The notes under the pieces were generated by a model. It did not search any database and was not told the origin of the DNA. It saw only the letters and a program-made list of their open reading frames with translations. Positions 23,211 through 34,147 of a stretch of DNA of 64,000 bases are shown here, piece by piece. This stretch comes from an uncultured Methanosarcinaceae archaeon. Lineage in GTDB: Archaea > Halobacteriota > Methanosarcinia > Methanosarcinales > Methanosarcinaceae. Made by a program: the position numbers and the translations under genes. Where the stretch lies: NCBI GenBank assembly GCA_963733675.1, contig CAVTET010000004.1, positions 608,001-672,000 of the forward strand. The letters run 5' to 3'. The number at the start of each line of letters is the position of its first letter. Positions within the stretch are counted from its first letter, which is position 1.

Positions 23211-23706
23211 GGTTGAAGAGGTAGTTTATATAACATTTTTTGTGAAAAGTAAATCGCAAACTATATATCAAAATTCACCCACTAAGCAGCAATAAAGGTT
23301 AAACAATATTTGAAAGACAGGGAATAAAAATCTAATAATTTCCTTCTTGCGTCCCAAAATTTCAAAAACAGCTTTCTGGTGCAACAAAGATCGTTCACAG
23401 ATTGGACTTGATTTAACTAGATTAATAGCAAATACAAGGTAATTGAATCCTACTTTACGAAAGACTAAGTTTAAGAAACGATGACACTATTCAGCCTACC
23501 AAAAACCAATTGGTTGACATCTATTTTGACGCAATAAATTATTCTGATCACTAAATGAGGGGGAAATAAAAAACATGATCAATCGCTGAAATTTAAAGAA
23601 AATAAGCCAATTGAAATTCACTCATTGGATATAGTAAAGATGGCTATTGATACTTTTTTTCCAGAATGAATAGTACTAAATCATATGAAATGATATGAGG
23701 GATAAC

Positions 23707-24210
23707 ATGAGAATTTCCATGGACATTGAACTAAAAGATGTGCCTGGGCAAATGCTTTTAGCCCTCCAGCCTCTTTCAGAATGCAAAGCTAATCTGATAA
23801 CTGTATTACATCACCATCAGAAAAGAACCCCTCGAAAAACAGTGCCAGTACAGCTTGTCCTTGAAACTAAACCTGAAAACACTGAAATTATAAAAGCAAA
23901 ACTTGAAGAAAATGGGATCAGGGTTGTAAGAGTTGGAGAACACCGTTTTAGGGAGAGTATACATGCGGTCCTTATAGGGCATGTGATACACACGGGAATC
24001 CAGGATACTATCGATGAAATTGACAAAACTGGTTTTGCTGAGGTTGTGGATCTTTCCCTCTCAATGCCTGGCATTAATCTGCTTTCTTCAACCCTCATAA
24101 AAATCGATGCTGTGAGTAAAGAAGATCTGCAAAAAGCACTCAAAATTCTAAAAGAAATTTCAGCAAAAAAAGACCTTCTGATGATACTCCCGATAAACAT
24201 TCAGGCCTGA
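23707..24210 (+). CDS. ACT-domain protein (putative allosteric partner of homoserine dehydrogenase)
   Basis: [12 protein letters not shown]....ANLI...H and LIGHVIHT; directly upstream of hom. Confidence 0.85.
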   Translation: MRISMDIELKDVPGQMLLALQPLSECKANLITVLHHHQKRTPRKTVPVQLVLETKPENTEIIKAKLEENGIRVVRVGEHRFRESIHAVLIGHVIHTGIQDTIDEIDKTGFAEVVDLSLSMPGINLLSSTLIKIDAVSKEDLQKALKILKEISAKKDLLMILPINIQA

Positions 24211-24232
24211 AAAAATTGAGGAGATTGAAAAC

Positions 24233-25231
24233 ATGAAGAAGATAACCTGTTCCATTCTCGGATTCGGTGCCATCGGACAGGGGGTTGCCGAGGTACTCCT
24301 TATGAAGAAAGAGTATCTTGAAAGTATCGGGTTGGAAGTGAAAGTAGTTGCTGTTGTGGACTCAAAGGGTGCAACTGTCAATCCTGAAGGCTTGAACCTT
24401 GCAGATTGTCTTTCCCGTAAGAGAATTCGCGGCACTGTAGCCCTAGGGAATATTAGCGGAATCGAAGTTATTAGGTCTGTAGACCATGAACTGGTAATAG
24501 AGACTACTCCTACAAACATCAAAACCGGCGGAGTAGGTCTCCAGAATATGTTCGCAGCCTTTCAAACCGGGAAGTCCCTTATTACTTCGAATAAAGGTCC
24601 ACTTACCCTTAAGTATAGAGAACTCATGACGACTGCGAAAGCAGCCGGTTTGGAGTTCAGATTTGAAGCCACAGTTGGGGGATCAATGCCAATTATTAAC
24701 CTGGCAAACGAAGTTCTCGCAGGCAATAAGATTATAAGTATCAAAGGTATCCTGAACGGAACCTGTAATTACATCCTAACAAGAATGCTGGAAGAAAGAG
24801 CAAGTTACACTGACATTCTTGTCGAGTCAATTGAGCTCGGAATTGCAGAAACCGATCCCACATACGATGTTGAAGGGATTGATACTGCCTGCAAGCTAGT
24901 AATTCTGGCAAATGCTATCTTCGGACTCGACACTACTTACAAGGATGTTGAAGTTACAGGAATTACCAAGATTACTACTGAAGCCCTGGAGATGGCTAAT
25001 GAAAATGGGCATGCAATAAAACTTATAGGCGAAGTTAGCAGGGAAAGGATCGAGGTGGCCCCAAGGCTTGTACCTATCAACCATCCTCTTGCAGTCGGAG
25101 GTACTTTAAATATCGCATCTTTATGCACTGAACTTGCAGGAGAAATTACAGTTACTGGTAAAGGTGCAGGCCCTGTTGAGACAGCAAGTGCGATTCTTAG
25201 CGATCTGATAGCAATTTACAAGCACCCATAG
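24233..25231 (+). CDS. hom: Homoserine dehydrogenase
   Basis: [50 protein letters not shown]. Confidence 0.96.
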   Translation: MKKITCSILGFGAIGQGVAEVLLMKKEYLESIGLEVKVVAVVDSKGATVNPEGLNLADCLSRKRIRGTVALGNISGIEVIRSVDHELVIETTPTNIKTGGVGLQNMFAAFQTGKSLITSNKGPLTLKYRELMTTAKAAGLEFRFEATVGGSMPIINLANEVLAGNKIISIKGILNGTCNYILTRMLEERASYTDILVESIELGIAETDPTYDVEGIDTACKLVILANAIFGLDTTYKDVEVTGITKITTEALEMANENGHAIKLIGEVSRERIEVAPRLVPINHPLAVGGTLNIASLCTELAGEITVTGKGAGPVETASAILSDLIAIYKHP

Positions 25232-25299
25232 AGTATAACAATTTTTGTTTTAAAAACCCGAAATTCGGGAAACAATCTAATTAAAAAGCTGCGTGAACC

Positions 25300-27006
25300 A
25301 TGACAAGCTTTAGGGAATTTGCAGAAACCTGCCAGGCAATTGAAAAAATTTCAAGTACTATAGACACTACAAATAGGGTTGCTGACCTTCTTATGAAGGT
25401 CAGCGTAGAAGAGCTTCCCCTCGCAACTCATTTTATTATGAGTGAGGTTTTTCCAACCTGGAGTGGAGAGCAGCTTGGAATTGGCACAAGCCTTCTATAT
25501 GCTTCTCTTTCCAAGGCTTCCGGAATGTCTATAAGAAGTATAGAGTCTCTTGTCCGGACAACAGGAGATATAGGAGACACAGCACTTCTTATCCTAAAAG
25601 AAAAACAAAAAAACCAGATCACTTTTTCTTCTTTCCTCGAAGACCAGCCAGAACTCTCTATAACGGAAGTCTACCAGCGCTTCAAAACGGCTTCCGAAGC
25701 ATTTGGAAAAGGGTCACAGGAAGTTAAGATCAAAAATCTTCAATTCCTCTTTAATTCCTCAACCCCAAGGGAAGCAAAGTATATATCCAGGCTTGCACTT
25801 GAAGAACTCCGCATAGGGGTCGGAGAAGGAGTTTTAAGGGATGCCATCGCAAAAGCCTTTTCCGTCCCTGCAGATTTGGTAGAGCACGCTTTTATGGTAA
25901 CAAACGATCTCGGGATAGTCGCTGCAACTGCAAAAAAAGAAGGTATTGAAGGTCTCAACGGCCTCGGGATCAAAATTAACCGTCCCATAAAGATGATGCT
26001 CTCGCAGATCAGTCCTGATATAGATACAGATATAAGAGAAATGAAAGAAGCTGCAATTGAATGGAAATTCGACGGTGCAAGGGTCCAGATTCACAAGGCT
26101 GGAAACTCGGTTACAATTTATTCACGAAAACTTGAAAATGTCACAAATTCCCTTCCAGACCTTGTTGAAATTATTCGAAAGCATGTTAAAGCCGAATATG
26201 CAATTCTTGATGGGGAAGCTGTTGCAGTGGATGAAAAAGGAAAACCAAGAGCTTTCCAGGAAATCCTTAAACGTTTCCGGCGCAAGTACGATGTAGGGGA
26301 AAAAATACTTGGAATCCCTATCCAGCTAAATCTCTTTGATATCATGTACTTTAACGGCAGAACATTGATTGACCTTAATCTTCGTGAGCGACGAAAGGTA
26401 CTTGAGTCCTGCATAGAGAGCTCAACTGAAGATTCAAAGTCCATTTCTGTTGATAAGCAGGTGATAACTGGAGACCTTGAGGTTGTGGAAAAGATCTATA
26501 GGAAAGCCTTGAAAGCCGGTCATGAGGGTGTAATGGTCAAAAATCCGAATTCGGTTTATTCCCCTGGTAAACGCGGTAAGAACTGGCTTAAGAAAAAACC
26601 CCTTATGGAAACCCTTGATCTTGTAGTAGTTGGAGCTGAGTGGGGCTTTGGCAGGCGTGTAAGCCTCATAGGTTCTTACACTGTTGCCTGTTATGATCCC
26701 GAAAATTCTAATTTTTTGCAGGTCGGCAAGGTTGGAACAGGCCTGAATGACGAAAACCTAAAGGAGCTCACAGAAATGCTTTCTGGACTGATAGACGGCG
26801 GAGAAGCAGGTGGGGTATTTGCAGTAAGACCTAAAATTGTTCTGGAAATTGCCTTTGAGGAAATCCAGAAAAGCCCCAATTATAACTCTGGTTTTGCACT
26901 TCGTTTTCCCCGATTTATCCGTATCCGGGATGATAAAGATCCCGAAGAAGCGGATACAATCCAGAGAATTGAAAAGGCATACAACCAGCAGCTTAAAAGG
27001 CTTTAA
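25300..27006 (+). CDS. lig: ATP-dependent DNA ligase
   Basis: [10 protein letters not shown] (motif I), LDGE, FDI, EGVMVK, WLKKK, LRFPRF.RIRDDK. Confidence 0.97.
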   Translation: MTSFREFAETCQAIEKISSTIDTTNRVADLLMKVSVEELPLATHFIMSEVFPTWSGEQLGIGTSLLYASLSKASGMSIRSIESLVRTTGDIGDTALLILKEKQKNQITFSSFLEDQPELSITEVYQRFKTASEAFGKGSQEVKIKNLQFLFNSSTPREAKYISRLALEELRIGVGEGVLRDAIAKAFSVPADLVEHAFMVTNDLGIVAATAKKEGIEGLNGLGIKINRPIKMMLSQISPDIDTDIREMKEAAIEWKFDGARVQIHKAGNSVTIYSRKLENVTNSLPDLVEIIRKHVKAEYAILDGEAVAVDEKGKPRAFQEILKRFRRKYDVGEKILGIPIQLNLFDIMYFNGRTLIDLNLRERRKVLESCIESSTEDSKSISVDKQVITGDLEVVEKIYRKALKAGHEGVMVKNPNSVYSPGKRGKNWLKKKPLMETLDLVVVGAEWGFGRRVSLIGSYTVACYDPENSNFLQVGKVGTGLNDENLKELTEMLSGLIDGGEAGGVFAVRPKIVLEIAFEEIQKSPNYNSGFALRFPRFIRIRDDKDPEEADTIQRIEKAYNQQLKRL

Positions 27007-28088
27007 TGGATCAAGCTGCTGCTTTTTTTCCGTGGCTAAAGCACACCCTTTAAAGTTCATTTGATTTTGTTGCCTTTGTCTAGATGTGAAAATCTCTTTT
27101 CCTGAGAAGATGCAGATGCTAAAGCACTTACTTTTCTAACTTTACATTCGTTACACTTAATCTCATTCTAAGACTAAGTTCCATAAGGCTTCAATGTTTA
27201 TGCTTTTTATTCAGAGAGACGCATTCAGATTTTAGTGCGGATCAGATATCCATACTACAATTAGTTCATGTACTTTTTTGTTTGGTATGGTTAAGCTTGC
27301 CAAATAGATCCACTCTAATATTATTAAGATTACCAAAAAAAAATGCATATTCTATAAAATAATTCCTAAATTATTTAATGAGAGTTAATATATACAGAAT
27401 TTAGCGTTTGCGCTCAATTAATTGTATATTAACTCAAAAATGTACTCAAAAAAAGCAACCTATCCAAAGTATTCAGTTCCACCTTGTTCAAGACTTCATT
27501 AAATCCTAATTCCTGAAGTTGCCTGATCATCTTGTTGTATAGTAAAGGTACCATAAGATTGTTGTTTTTGATGCTCTTCCCATCGAAAAGCAATTGAAAT
27601 ATTTTCAATTGACTCTTTATATTCGTCCCGAATGTTTTGCATTCCAATTTATGTTTTGCGTTTAAATAGCTAGCATCAATACAACGAGCATCACCAACAG
27701 ATTTTAATCGTGTATATAATAATAAATTTTTAGGACTATAAACTTTAAGATAATAGACCAATTAAATGTAACATCTGACACAATATTAACACTATATTCA
27801 TAAATCTCAAAGGAAACTGAAAGCAAATTTTAAAATCATCTAAATTAAGAAATCTGGTCAAATAAAAATCAACAATTTCTGGTTTCGATGAAATGAGCTG
27901 TTGGCCAAAGCATTCCCAATAATTTTGGGTAGGGTAGCAGCAAACAATTTGATTTCTATAGATGTACTTTTAAATCTTACCGAGAATTAAAGATTACAAA
28001 AAAGCATCGAAGATTAAGATTAGAAAAAAGTGTTAATAACATTGGCCAGTATTATACATCTGTTAGGCATAAAAAGAGGTGTCATTCT

Positions 28089-28757
28089 ATAGAGAAACTA
28101 TTGCCTTCCGTCTGCAAATCCTTTGATGAACTTCTGGGAGGAGGTTTCGAGAAGGGAATTGTAACTCAAATCTTTGGAGCTGCAGGAACGGGAAAAACAA
28201 ATATTTGTATCCAGCTTGCAGTGGAATGTGTAAAGCAGGGGCAGAAAGTCATTTTCATAGATACCGAAGGACTTTCTCCTGTTCGTTTCAAGCAAATTGC
28301 AGGGGAAAAGGCAAAGGAAATAGCGAGGGATATACTTATCTTCGAACCCCTCAGTTTTGAAGAACAGTATGTTGCTGTTAGAGAGGTGGAGAGGATAGCC
28401 GGTGAGAACATCGGTCTCGTGATCCTTGACTCCGCAACTTCATACTACAGGTTTGAGCTCGAAGAAGAAGAAACAGGTATGAAGAGCCGAAGAGAGCTTG
28501 CCAGCCAGATTGGATTTTTGCATGCACTAGCCCGCAAACACAGCTTTGTTGCAATCATAACCAACCAAGTATACTCAGACATCGTCTTAGGAGGAGTACG
28601 TCCATTGGGTGGAAGTTCCTTAGAACATATATCAAAGGCAATTATCCAGCTGGAAAAAATAGGTGAAGGAACCAGGCGTGCTATTCTGTATAAACACCGT
28701 TCTCTTCCGGAAGGCTTAAGCGCTGATTTTAGAATTACAGCTGAAGGAATCCGTTAA
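28089..28757 (+). CDS. radB: DNA repair and recombination protein RadB
   Basis: DELLGGGFE.G..TQIFG..GTGKT, IDTEG, KHR motif. Start may be ATA at 28089 (SD GAGGTG 7 nt upstream) or TTG at 28101. Confidence 0.93.
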   Translation: MEKLLPSVCKSFDELLGGGFEKGIVTQIFGAAGTGKTNICIQLAVECVKQGQKVIFIDTEGLSPVRFKQIAGEKAKEIARDILIFEPLSFEEQYVAVREVERIAGENIGLVILDSATSYYRFELEEEETGMKSRRELASQIGFLHALARKHSFVAIITNQVYSDIVLGGVRPLGGSSLEHISKAIIQLEKIGEGTRRAILYKHRSLPEGLSADFRITAEGIR

Positions 28758-28883
28758 ACGGCAAAGAAACATTGAGACAAATTCCGTGAAAAATATTTTG
28801 GGGCAGAAAAAACTTAAATTCCTCAGATTCTTCCGGAATTTTTCAGCTAAAACGACTTTTATAATTTATTCTCCCTTCGAGTT

Positions 28884-29984
28884 TTAACGTTTCCGTGTAC
28901 CTGCTATGAACTCTTCGGTCCTTCTGTAGGCTTCGTCATCAGGATATTGGATAGCCGGATGTTTCATAAAGTAGGATGCCGGAGAATACAGTACACCTCC
29001 AATCCCGCGATCAAGAGCCAGCTTACAGCAGCGAATTGCATCAATCACCACACCTGCAGAGTTTGGGGAATCTTCTACAGAGAGCCGAAGTTCAAGGTTC
29101 ATGGGCACGTCCCCAAAGAGCCTCCCTTCCATTCTCAAGAAACATACTTTGTTATCTCTTTGCCAGGCTACATAGTCACTAGGTCCGATGTGGATGTTTT
29201 CTTTCTCAAGTTTATGAGAGAGAACTGACTGGACAGCTTCTGTTTTTGATTCGCGTTTGGAAGCAAGTCTGCTCCTGTTGAGCATATTTAGGAAATCAGT
29301 GTTTCCTCCTGTATTCAGCTGATATGTCCTGTCAAGTCTTAAGCCGCGTTTTTCGAAAAGGTCTGCAAGAATCCTGTGGGTAATTGTAGCCCCTAGCTGG
29401 GCTTTAATATCATCTCCCACTATCGGGATGTTTTTTTCTTCAAACTTTTTTGCCCATTCGGGATCGCTTGCGATAAAAACAGGCATATTATTAATAAAAG
29501 CTACTCTGGCCTCAAGAGCGCACTCTGCATAGAAACGGACTGCTTCTTCAGAACCTACAGGTAAGTAATTGAGAAGCATATCTGCGCCGGAATTTTTCAG
29601 TTCGTTTACTATATCTGCTTTTGTGGCTTCTGGTCCCTTGCTGACAACAAAGGTATATTTTTCCTCATAATTTTTCATGTGGTCAGAGATGCCGTCAAGA
29701 ACTTTACCCATTTTAACCTTCACGCCTGTGGCAGGAATGTCAGGGCAAAAAATCGTTGTGCAGTTAGGGGGAGCAAAGATGGCCTCCGCCACATCTTTTC
29801 CTTCTTTCCTGGAGTCAATGTCAAAGGCAGCAACAACTTTGATATCAGTGGGTTTATACCCGCCAAGATCCCAGTGCATCAGCCCGATAGATTCTTTATG
29901 TTCAGCTTTATAATACTCAATGCCCTGTATCAAAGAGCTTGCACAGTTCCCGATTCCTGCAATTGCTATTTTTATTTTTGTCAT
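28884..29984 (-). CDS. ino1: myo-Inositol-1-phosphate synthase
   Basis: [46 protein letters not shown]. Confidence 0.95.
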   Translation of the reverse strand: MTKIKIAIAGIGNCASSLIQGIEYYKAEHKESIGLMHWDLGGYKPTDIKVVAAFDIDSRKEGKDVAEAIFAPPNCTTIFCPDIPATGVKVKMGKVLDGISDHMKNYEEKYTFVVSKGPEATKADIVNELKNSGADMLLNYLPVGSEEAVRFYAECALEARVAFINNMPVFIASDPEWAKKFEEKNIPIVGDDIKAQLGATITHRILADLFEKRGLRLDRTYQLNTGGNTDFLNMLNRSRLASKRESKTEAVQSVLSHKLEKENIHIGPSDYVAWQRDNKVCFLRMEGRLFGDVPMNLELRLSVEDSPNSAGVVIDAIRCCKLALDRGIGGVLYSPASYFMKHPAIQYPDDEAYRRTEEFIAGTRKR

Positions 29985-30120
29985 AAGCGCTTACTCTCCG
30001 ACGAATACCCTGATTTCATAAACCGCATTAATAGAATAACAGATCTTTCATAATTTTTGAAATTTACATACTAAATTTATGGATTCAAGGTCTCTCAAAT
30101 TTATGATTTTATTCATTCGA

Positions 30121-30269
30121 CATTCCATGGATATACACAGATATGCACAGATGTATAATTTGTTTGCCTATTTACCCAATATTTTTCATTGAAAGTTAGA
30201 TTAATTTTTAAGCTACTGTCATAATGAGAACATTAGATGGCATTCTTGTGTAAATCTGCGGAAAATTGG
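30121..30269. mobile_element. MITE family A, copy 3
   Basis: Same core as 10816 and 11913; ends TGTGTAAATCTGCGGAAAATTGG. Confidence 0.75.
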
Positions 30270-30373
30270 TTCATGAAATTTATGATTTGATATTCCTTAA
30301 ACTACGACTTTTTCTGTATCTAAGCTATGGTTTTTAAATCTTCTCTTATTTGTGCTATTACCCTATAAATCTA

Positions 30374-30461
30374 GAGGATTTCGATAAACTTTCATATTTC
30401 GCATTGTGCATATAAATGGAGTATAAATGACTCTTGAAAATCAGTGTTTATCGAAATTCTC
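30374..30461. mobile_element. MITE family B
   Basis: TIR GAGGATTTCGATAAAC / GTTTATCGAAATTCTC (15/16); interior similar to 55478-55556. Confidence 0.75.
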
Positions 30462-30800
30462 TCTATTATATCTAAGTTTGCCTTCTGGGAAAAAAGATTG
30501 TAATAATCTGTATATTCAAAGCTAAATGTTTATTCTTGATTTAATTCTTGCTATCAGATAAGGTCTCCAAATACTTCCTTTCTCACTTTTTCTTCAATTA
30601 TTTTTCTATTTAAAGATAAATGAGGGCTCCAACTGAATTTCATAGTAAGCACTCAGGTTATCCAGATAATTTAAGAAAAGGATCAAAGAAATCTCTCAGG
30701 GCGTTGAGTTAAATAGTTTTTTATTAGATGTGAGGCTTGAAAAGAGAGTCGGATGATTTTTCCGATAGAATATGTTGCTTACATCGGAAAGTGATTTTTA

Positions 30801-31820
30801 ATGAGAACCATTGACTGGAAGGAAGAGTCAAAATCAGTTGTGCTGGTAGATCAAACATTGCTCCCGAAAGAGTATAGAATCATTGAATGCAAAACTTTGA
30901 ATTCTCTATGCGAGGCTATAAAGTCTCTCAGGATAAGGGGCGCGCCTGCTCTTGGGGCCGCAGGAGGTTTTGGGATTGCCCTTGCAGCTTTACATAGTGA
31001 AGCTAGAGACTTAGAAACAATGGTAAAAGACCTCAAAGTTGCAGGAAAAGTTCTTAAGTCTATCCGTCCTACAGCAGTAAATCTTGGTTGGGGTGTGGAC
31101 AGAGTCTTAAGAGCAATTTTTGATGCCATTGATGTTCAGGGAATCCGAGATATTGCCTTTCAGGAAGCCATAAATATTGCTGAAGAAGACGTGGCGACTA
31201 ACAAGATGATAGGGGAACATGGAGCCAAACTCATAAAAGAAGGAGATACAGTACTCACACACTGTAACGCGGGTAGACTCTCTTGTGTGGACTGGGGCAC
31301 CGCCCTTGGAGTTGTACGTTCGGCTATTGCTGAAGGCAAAAAAATAAAAGTTATTGCCTGTGAGACCAGGCCTCTTAATCAAGGAAGCAGAATCACTACT
31401 TGGGAACTTATGCAGGATAAAATTCCAGTGACCCTGATTGCGGACTCAATGGCTGGATGGGCAATGCACCAGGGACTTGTGGATAGCGTGCTCGTAGGAG
31501 CTGACAGGATAACTCAGGATGTTATTTTTAACAAAATAGGAACCTATACACATTCCATCCTTGCAAAAGAGCATGAAATTCCCTTCTATGTAGCAGCTCC
31601 GATCTCTACTTTCGATTTTAATGGCTGGGAAGGCAGTGTAGAAATAGAAATGCGGAGCCCTGAAGAGTTACGATTTTTTGGATCAGAACAATTTGCCCCA
31701 ATAGATGTAGAAGTCTATAATCCTGCTTTTGATGCGACACCAATGGAAAATGTAACTGCTGTAATTACAGAAAAGGGAGTGTTTTACCCACCTTTCCTGC
31801 TGGATGAGGTACTTATTTAA
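30801..31820 (+). CDS. mtnA: S-methyl-5-thioribose-1-phosphate isomerase
   Basis: IRGAPA, RPTAVNL, LTHCNAG, ETRP.NQG.R.T.WEL, GADRI, NKIGTY, NPAFD.TP. Confidence 0.93.
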   Translation: MRTIDWKEESKSVVLVDQTLLPKEYRIIECKTLNSLCEAIKSLRIRGAPALGAAGGFGIALAALHSEARDLETMVKDLKVAGKVLKSIRPTAVNLGWGVDRVLRAIFDAIDVQGIRDIAFQEAINIAEEDVATNKMIGEHGAKLIKEGDTVLTHCNAGRLSCVDWGTALGVVRSAIAEGKKIKVIACETRPLNQGSRITTWELMQDKIPVTLIADSMAGWAMHQGLVDSVLVGADRITQDVIFNKIGTYTHSILAKEHEIPFYVAAPISTFDFNGWEGSVEIEMRSPEELRFFGSEQFAPIDVEVYNPAFDATPMENVTAVITEKGVFYPPFLLDEVLI

Positions 31821-32069
31821 AGAACGATCCATTTTCTTGAGTATAAAATAGATTCTACATTAAACCTGCTGAATCTTTGTTATTAAAAAATTTCTCTGCT
31901 GGATTTATATATAAGAACTGCACAATCGGATTACCAAACTTATCAGAAAATTTAACAGTAGGTTACATTTCCTAATTCTCAGATAATTAGTTTAGTTTTT
32001 GCCACAGCAAGTTATTATGGTTATGAAACATATATTCCAATTACAGTTCATTCGTACAGATGTTAACTA

Positions 32070-32235
32070 ATGGCTAAAAGGTCAGATACAGGACTGAAAT
32101 CTTCTGCAGGACTCATGCGGTACTATGAAATAGATAAAAATGCAGTTCACATTCAGCAAAAAAGTGCTGATTGTCTGCATCATTACAGACAAAGTAATAT
32201 TATTCTTAAATGTTGCGAATGGTTTCTGGCCACGA
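32070..32235 (+). pseudogene. secG: Sec61beta/SecG translocon subunit, frameshifted
   Basis: MAK...GL.SSAGLMRYY; frameshift in the A-run near 32158-32163; other frame gives VLIVCIITDKVILFLNVANGFWP followed by CGA where a stop is expected. Confidence 0.75.
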
Positions 32236-32260
32236 TTACAATTTCCTGGGCAGGGTTCAC

Positions 32261-33241
32261 TTGAGCAAGCATAATTCTGGAAAAAAAGAAAGTAAAAAAG
32301 GTGCTTTTTCAAGAATCAAAGCTATTAAACCCAGATTTTTTTACCTGGGTTTTCTTCTAATATTTGTGGGCATTTTCGGAGTTCTGTACAATCCTGCCAA
32401 TTATTTCCAACGCGCATCTACCTGGAGTATTTCGGAAGCCGGTACTCTATCTTTTACTAAAAGGGAAGAGCCTTTATTTACAGCTCATGAAATAAAGGAT
32501 ATATACTTTCCTGAAAACTCAGATACTTTGAAACTTCTGTCTTTTGGAAGTCAAGGGGATAAAATTCAGGCTCTTTTAAGGATTCCTGCAAAATCTAACT
32601 CTTCTTTGGGTTTTCCTGGAATAATTCTTCTCCCTGGAGCAACAGTTAGAAAAGAATCTGAACAGGGATTGGCTGTGGAACTCGCAAAAATGGGATATGC
32701 AACTCTTGCTATTGACCAACGCAATCTCGGTAGCGTAAGTGTGGAAAAGGATCTAGAACTTTTTAGAAGTGGCCTCGAACCTTTCGAATATACCATGGTT
32801 TATGACGCACTTAAAGCCGCAGATGTGCTTGCAGTCCAGCCGGAAATTGATCCAAAAAGACTTGCAATTTTAGGAGAGAGTAATGGCGGAAGATTTGCAA
32901 TGATTGCCTGTGCCCTTGATCCTTCCCTTAAAGGGGTCATCGGAATCAGTACTGCAGGATATGGCACTGAAGATATTGATCCCTCCTTCGTTGCCGACAA
33001 TGAGACTTACCGTTTTTATCGTTCGATTGATCCAGATACCTATCTTCCTACCCTGTCGCCTGTGAAATTCGTGCTGATTCACTCGTTTAATGATACTGTA
33101 ATTCCCTATGAGGCAGCACTAAAGACTTTTGCCCTTGCTAAAGAGCCAAAAGTAATGTATATTGTTAGCGATGCGACACATGGATATACATCTTCAATGC
33201 ACCCTTATCTTGAAAAAGAACTTGCTCTGATCCTAAAGTAA
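32261..33241 (+). CDS. Membrane-anchored alpha/beta hydrolase
   Basis: N-terminal TM helix, nucleophile elbow GESNGG, D in NDTVIP, H in THGY; probable TTG start at 32261. Confidence 0.85.
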   Translation: MSKHNSGKKESKKGAFSRIKAIKPRFFYLGFLLIFVGIFGVLYNPANYFQRASTWSISEAGTLSFTKREEPLFTAHEIKDIYFPENSDTLKLLSFGSQGDKIQALLRIPAKSNSSLGFPGIILLPGATVRKESEQGLAVELAKMGYATLAIDQRNLGSVSVEKDLELFRSGLEPFEYTMVYDALKAADVLAVQPEIDPKRLAILGESNGGRFAMIACALDPSLKGVIGISTAGYGTEDIDPSFVADNETYRFYRSIDPDTYLPTLSPVKFVLIHSFNDTVIPYEAALKTFALAKEPKVMYIVSDATHGYTSSMHPYLEKELALILK

Positions 33242-33618
33242 ATATTAGACAGGCATTTGAGTTGACCGGATTTATTGAAACGAAAATTGTTAGTATATGA
33301 AATATATTCAACCGCTCTCAAATTTTTGGGAATTTCGTGTAATAGATGAACGAGTAGCTTACGAGCTGATTGAGCACTTTTGAGGTGAAGATAGCTCTAC
33401 AAGTTATTTGCGATGGATATATGGTTTCAATTTCTGAAATCAGTTGAATCAACCATAAATTTTCCATTACTCTTGGAGCCACACGAAATTTGGCTTATTC
33501 TTAATTCTCTAGTTAAGTTTAAATTGCTTCTAGGTTTCCTCTCAAACATGAAAGTAAGTTGCAGTACTCTCAATGAGTTAGATGATATGAGTAAAACTTG
33601 GCATAACCACAAAGTATA

Positions 33619-33640
33619 TAATTAGGGCAATACTAACTAA
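33619..33640. promoter_or_regulatory. Putative MarR operator abutting the marR TATA box
   Basis: TAATTAGG-GCAATAC-TAACTAA after AAAGTATATA; repeated at 34095. Confidence 0.6.
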
Positions 33641-33655
33641 AGAGACGAGGGGAAT

Positions 33656-34075
33656 ATGATTTCAAAGAAAGAGCATTTGTTTACAGTTTTTTATAACCTG
33701 ATAAAAATTAAAGGTGAGTGCTCTTGTGAGATCTTATCTGAATGTGGGTTATCGGAAATTACTGTGAAGCAGATCGGATATCTAAGAGCCATTGATGGAA
33801 ATGGGCAAGTGACATTTAGCAAACTTGCTAAAATCACCAAGAACTCAAAACCCACCATCACGGAGATGATAAATAAATTTGTTAAGTTTGAGTGTGTGTA
33901 TAGAGAAAAATGTCCAGATGATGGCAGAGTAATTTATATTCGCCTAACCGAAAAAGGACAGATGATAGCCCGTTCTGAAGAGAATTCTTTGATGAAGGTT
34001 ATTGAAAAGATGGTAGATTTATTGAATGAAAACGAAATAGGCACTCTCATCGAAATTCTGGAGAAATTAAGGTGA
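33656..34075 (+). CDS. MarR family transcriptional regulator
   Basis: TFSKLA......KPTIT.MINK......VYR...PDDGR..YI.LTEKG. Confidence 0.92.
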   Translation: MISKKEHLFTVFYNLIKIKGECSCEILSECGLSEITVKQIGYLRAIDGNGQVTFSKLAKITKNSKPTITEMINKFVKFECVYREKCPDDGRVIYIRLTEKGQMIARSEENSLMKVIEKMVDLLNENEIGTLIEILEKLR

Positions 34076-34094
34076 CTTTTTTTGGTTAATCCTG

Positions 34095-34116
34095 TAATTA
34101 GGTTAACCTTAACTAA
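34095..34116. promoter_or_regulatory. Putative MarR operator upstream of lon
   Basis: TAATTAGG-TTAACCT-TAACTAA; same arms and spacing as 33619. Confidence 0.6.
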
Positions 34117-34147
34117 GTAAATAAAATTATAATTGGAATGACTGATA

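Noticed and set aside
27429-27761. 110-aa minus-strand ORF
   Set aside because: No SD or recognisable family; AT-rich and possibly a mosaic of relics.
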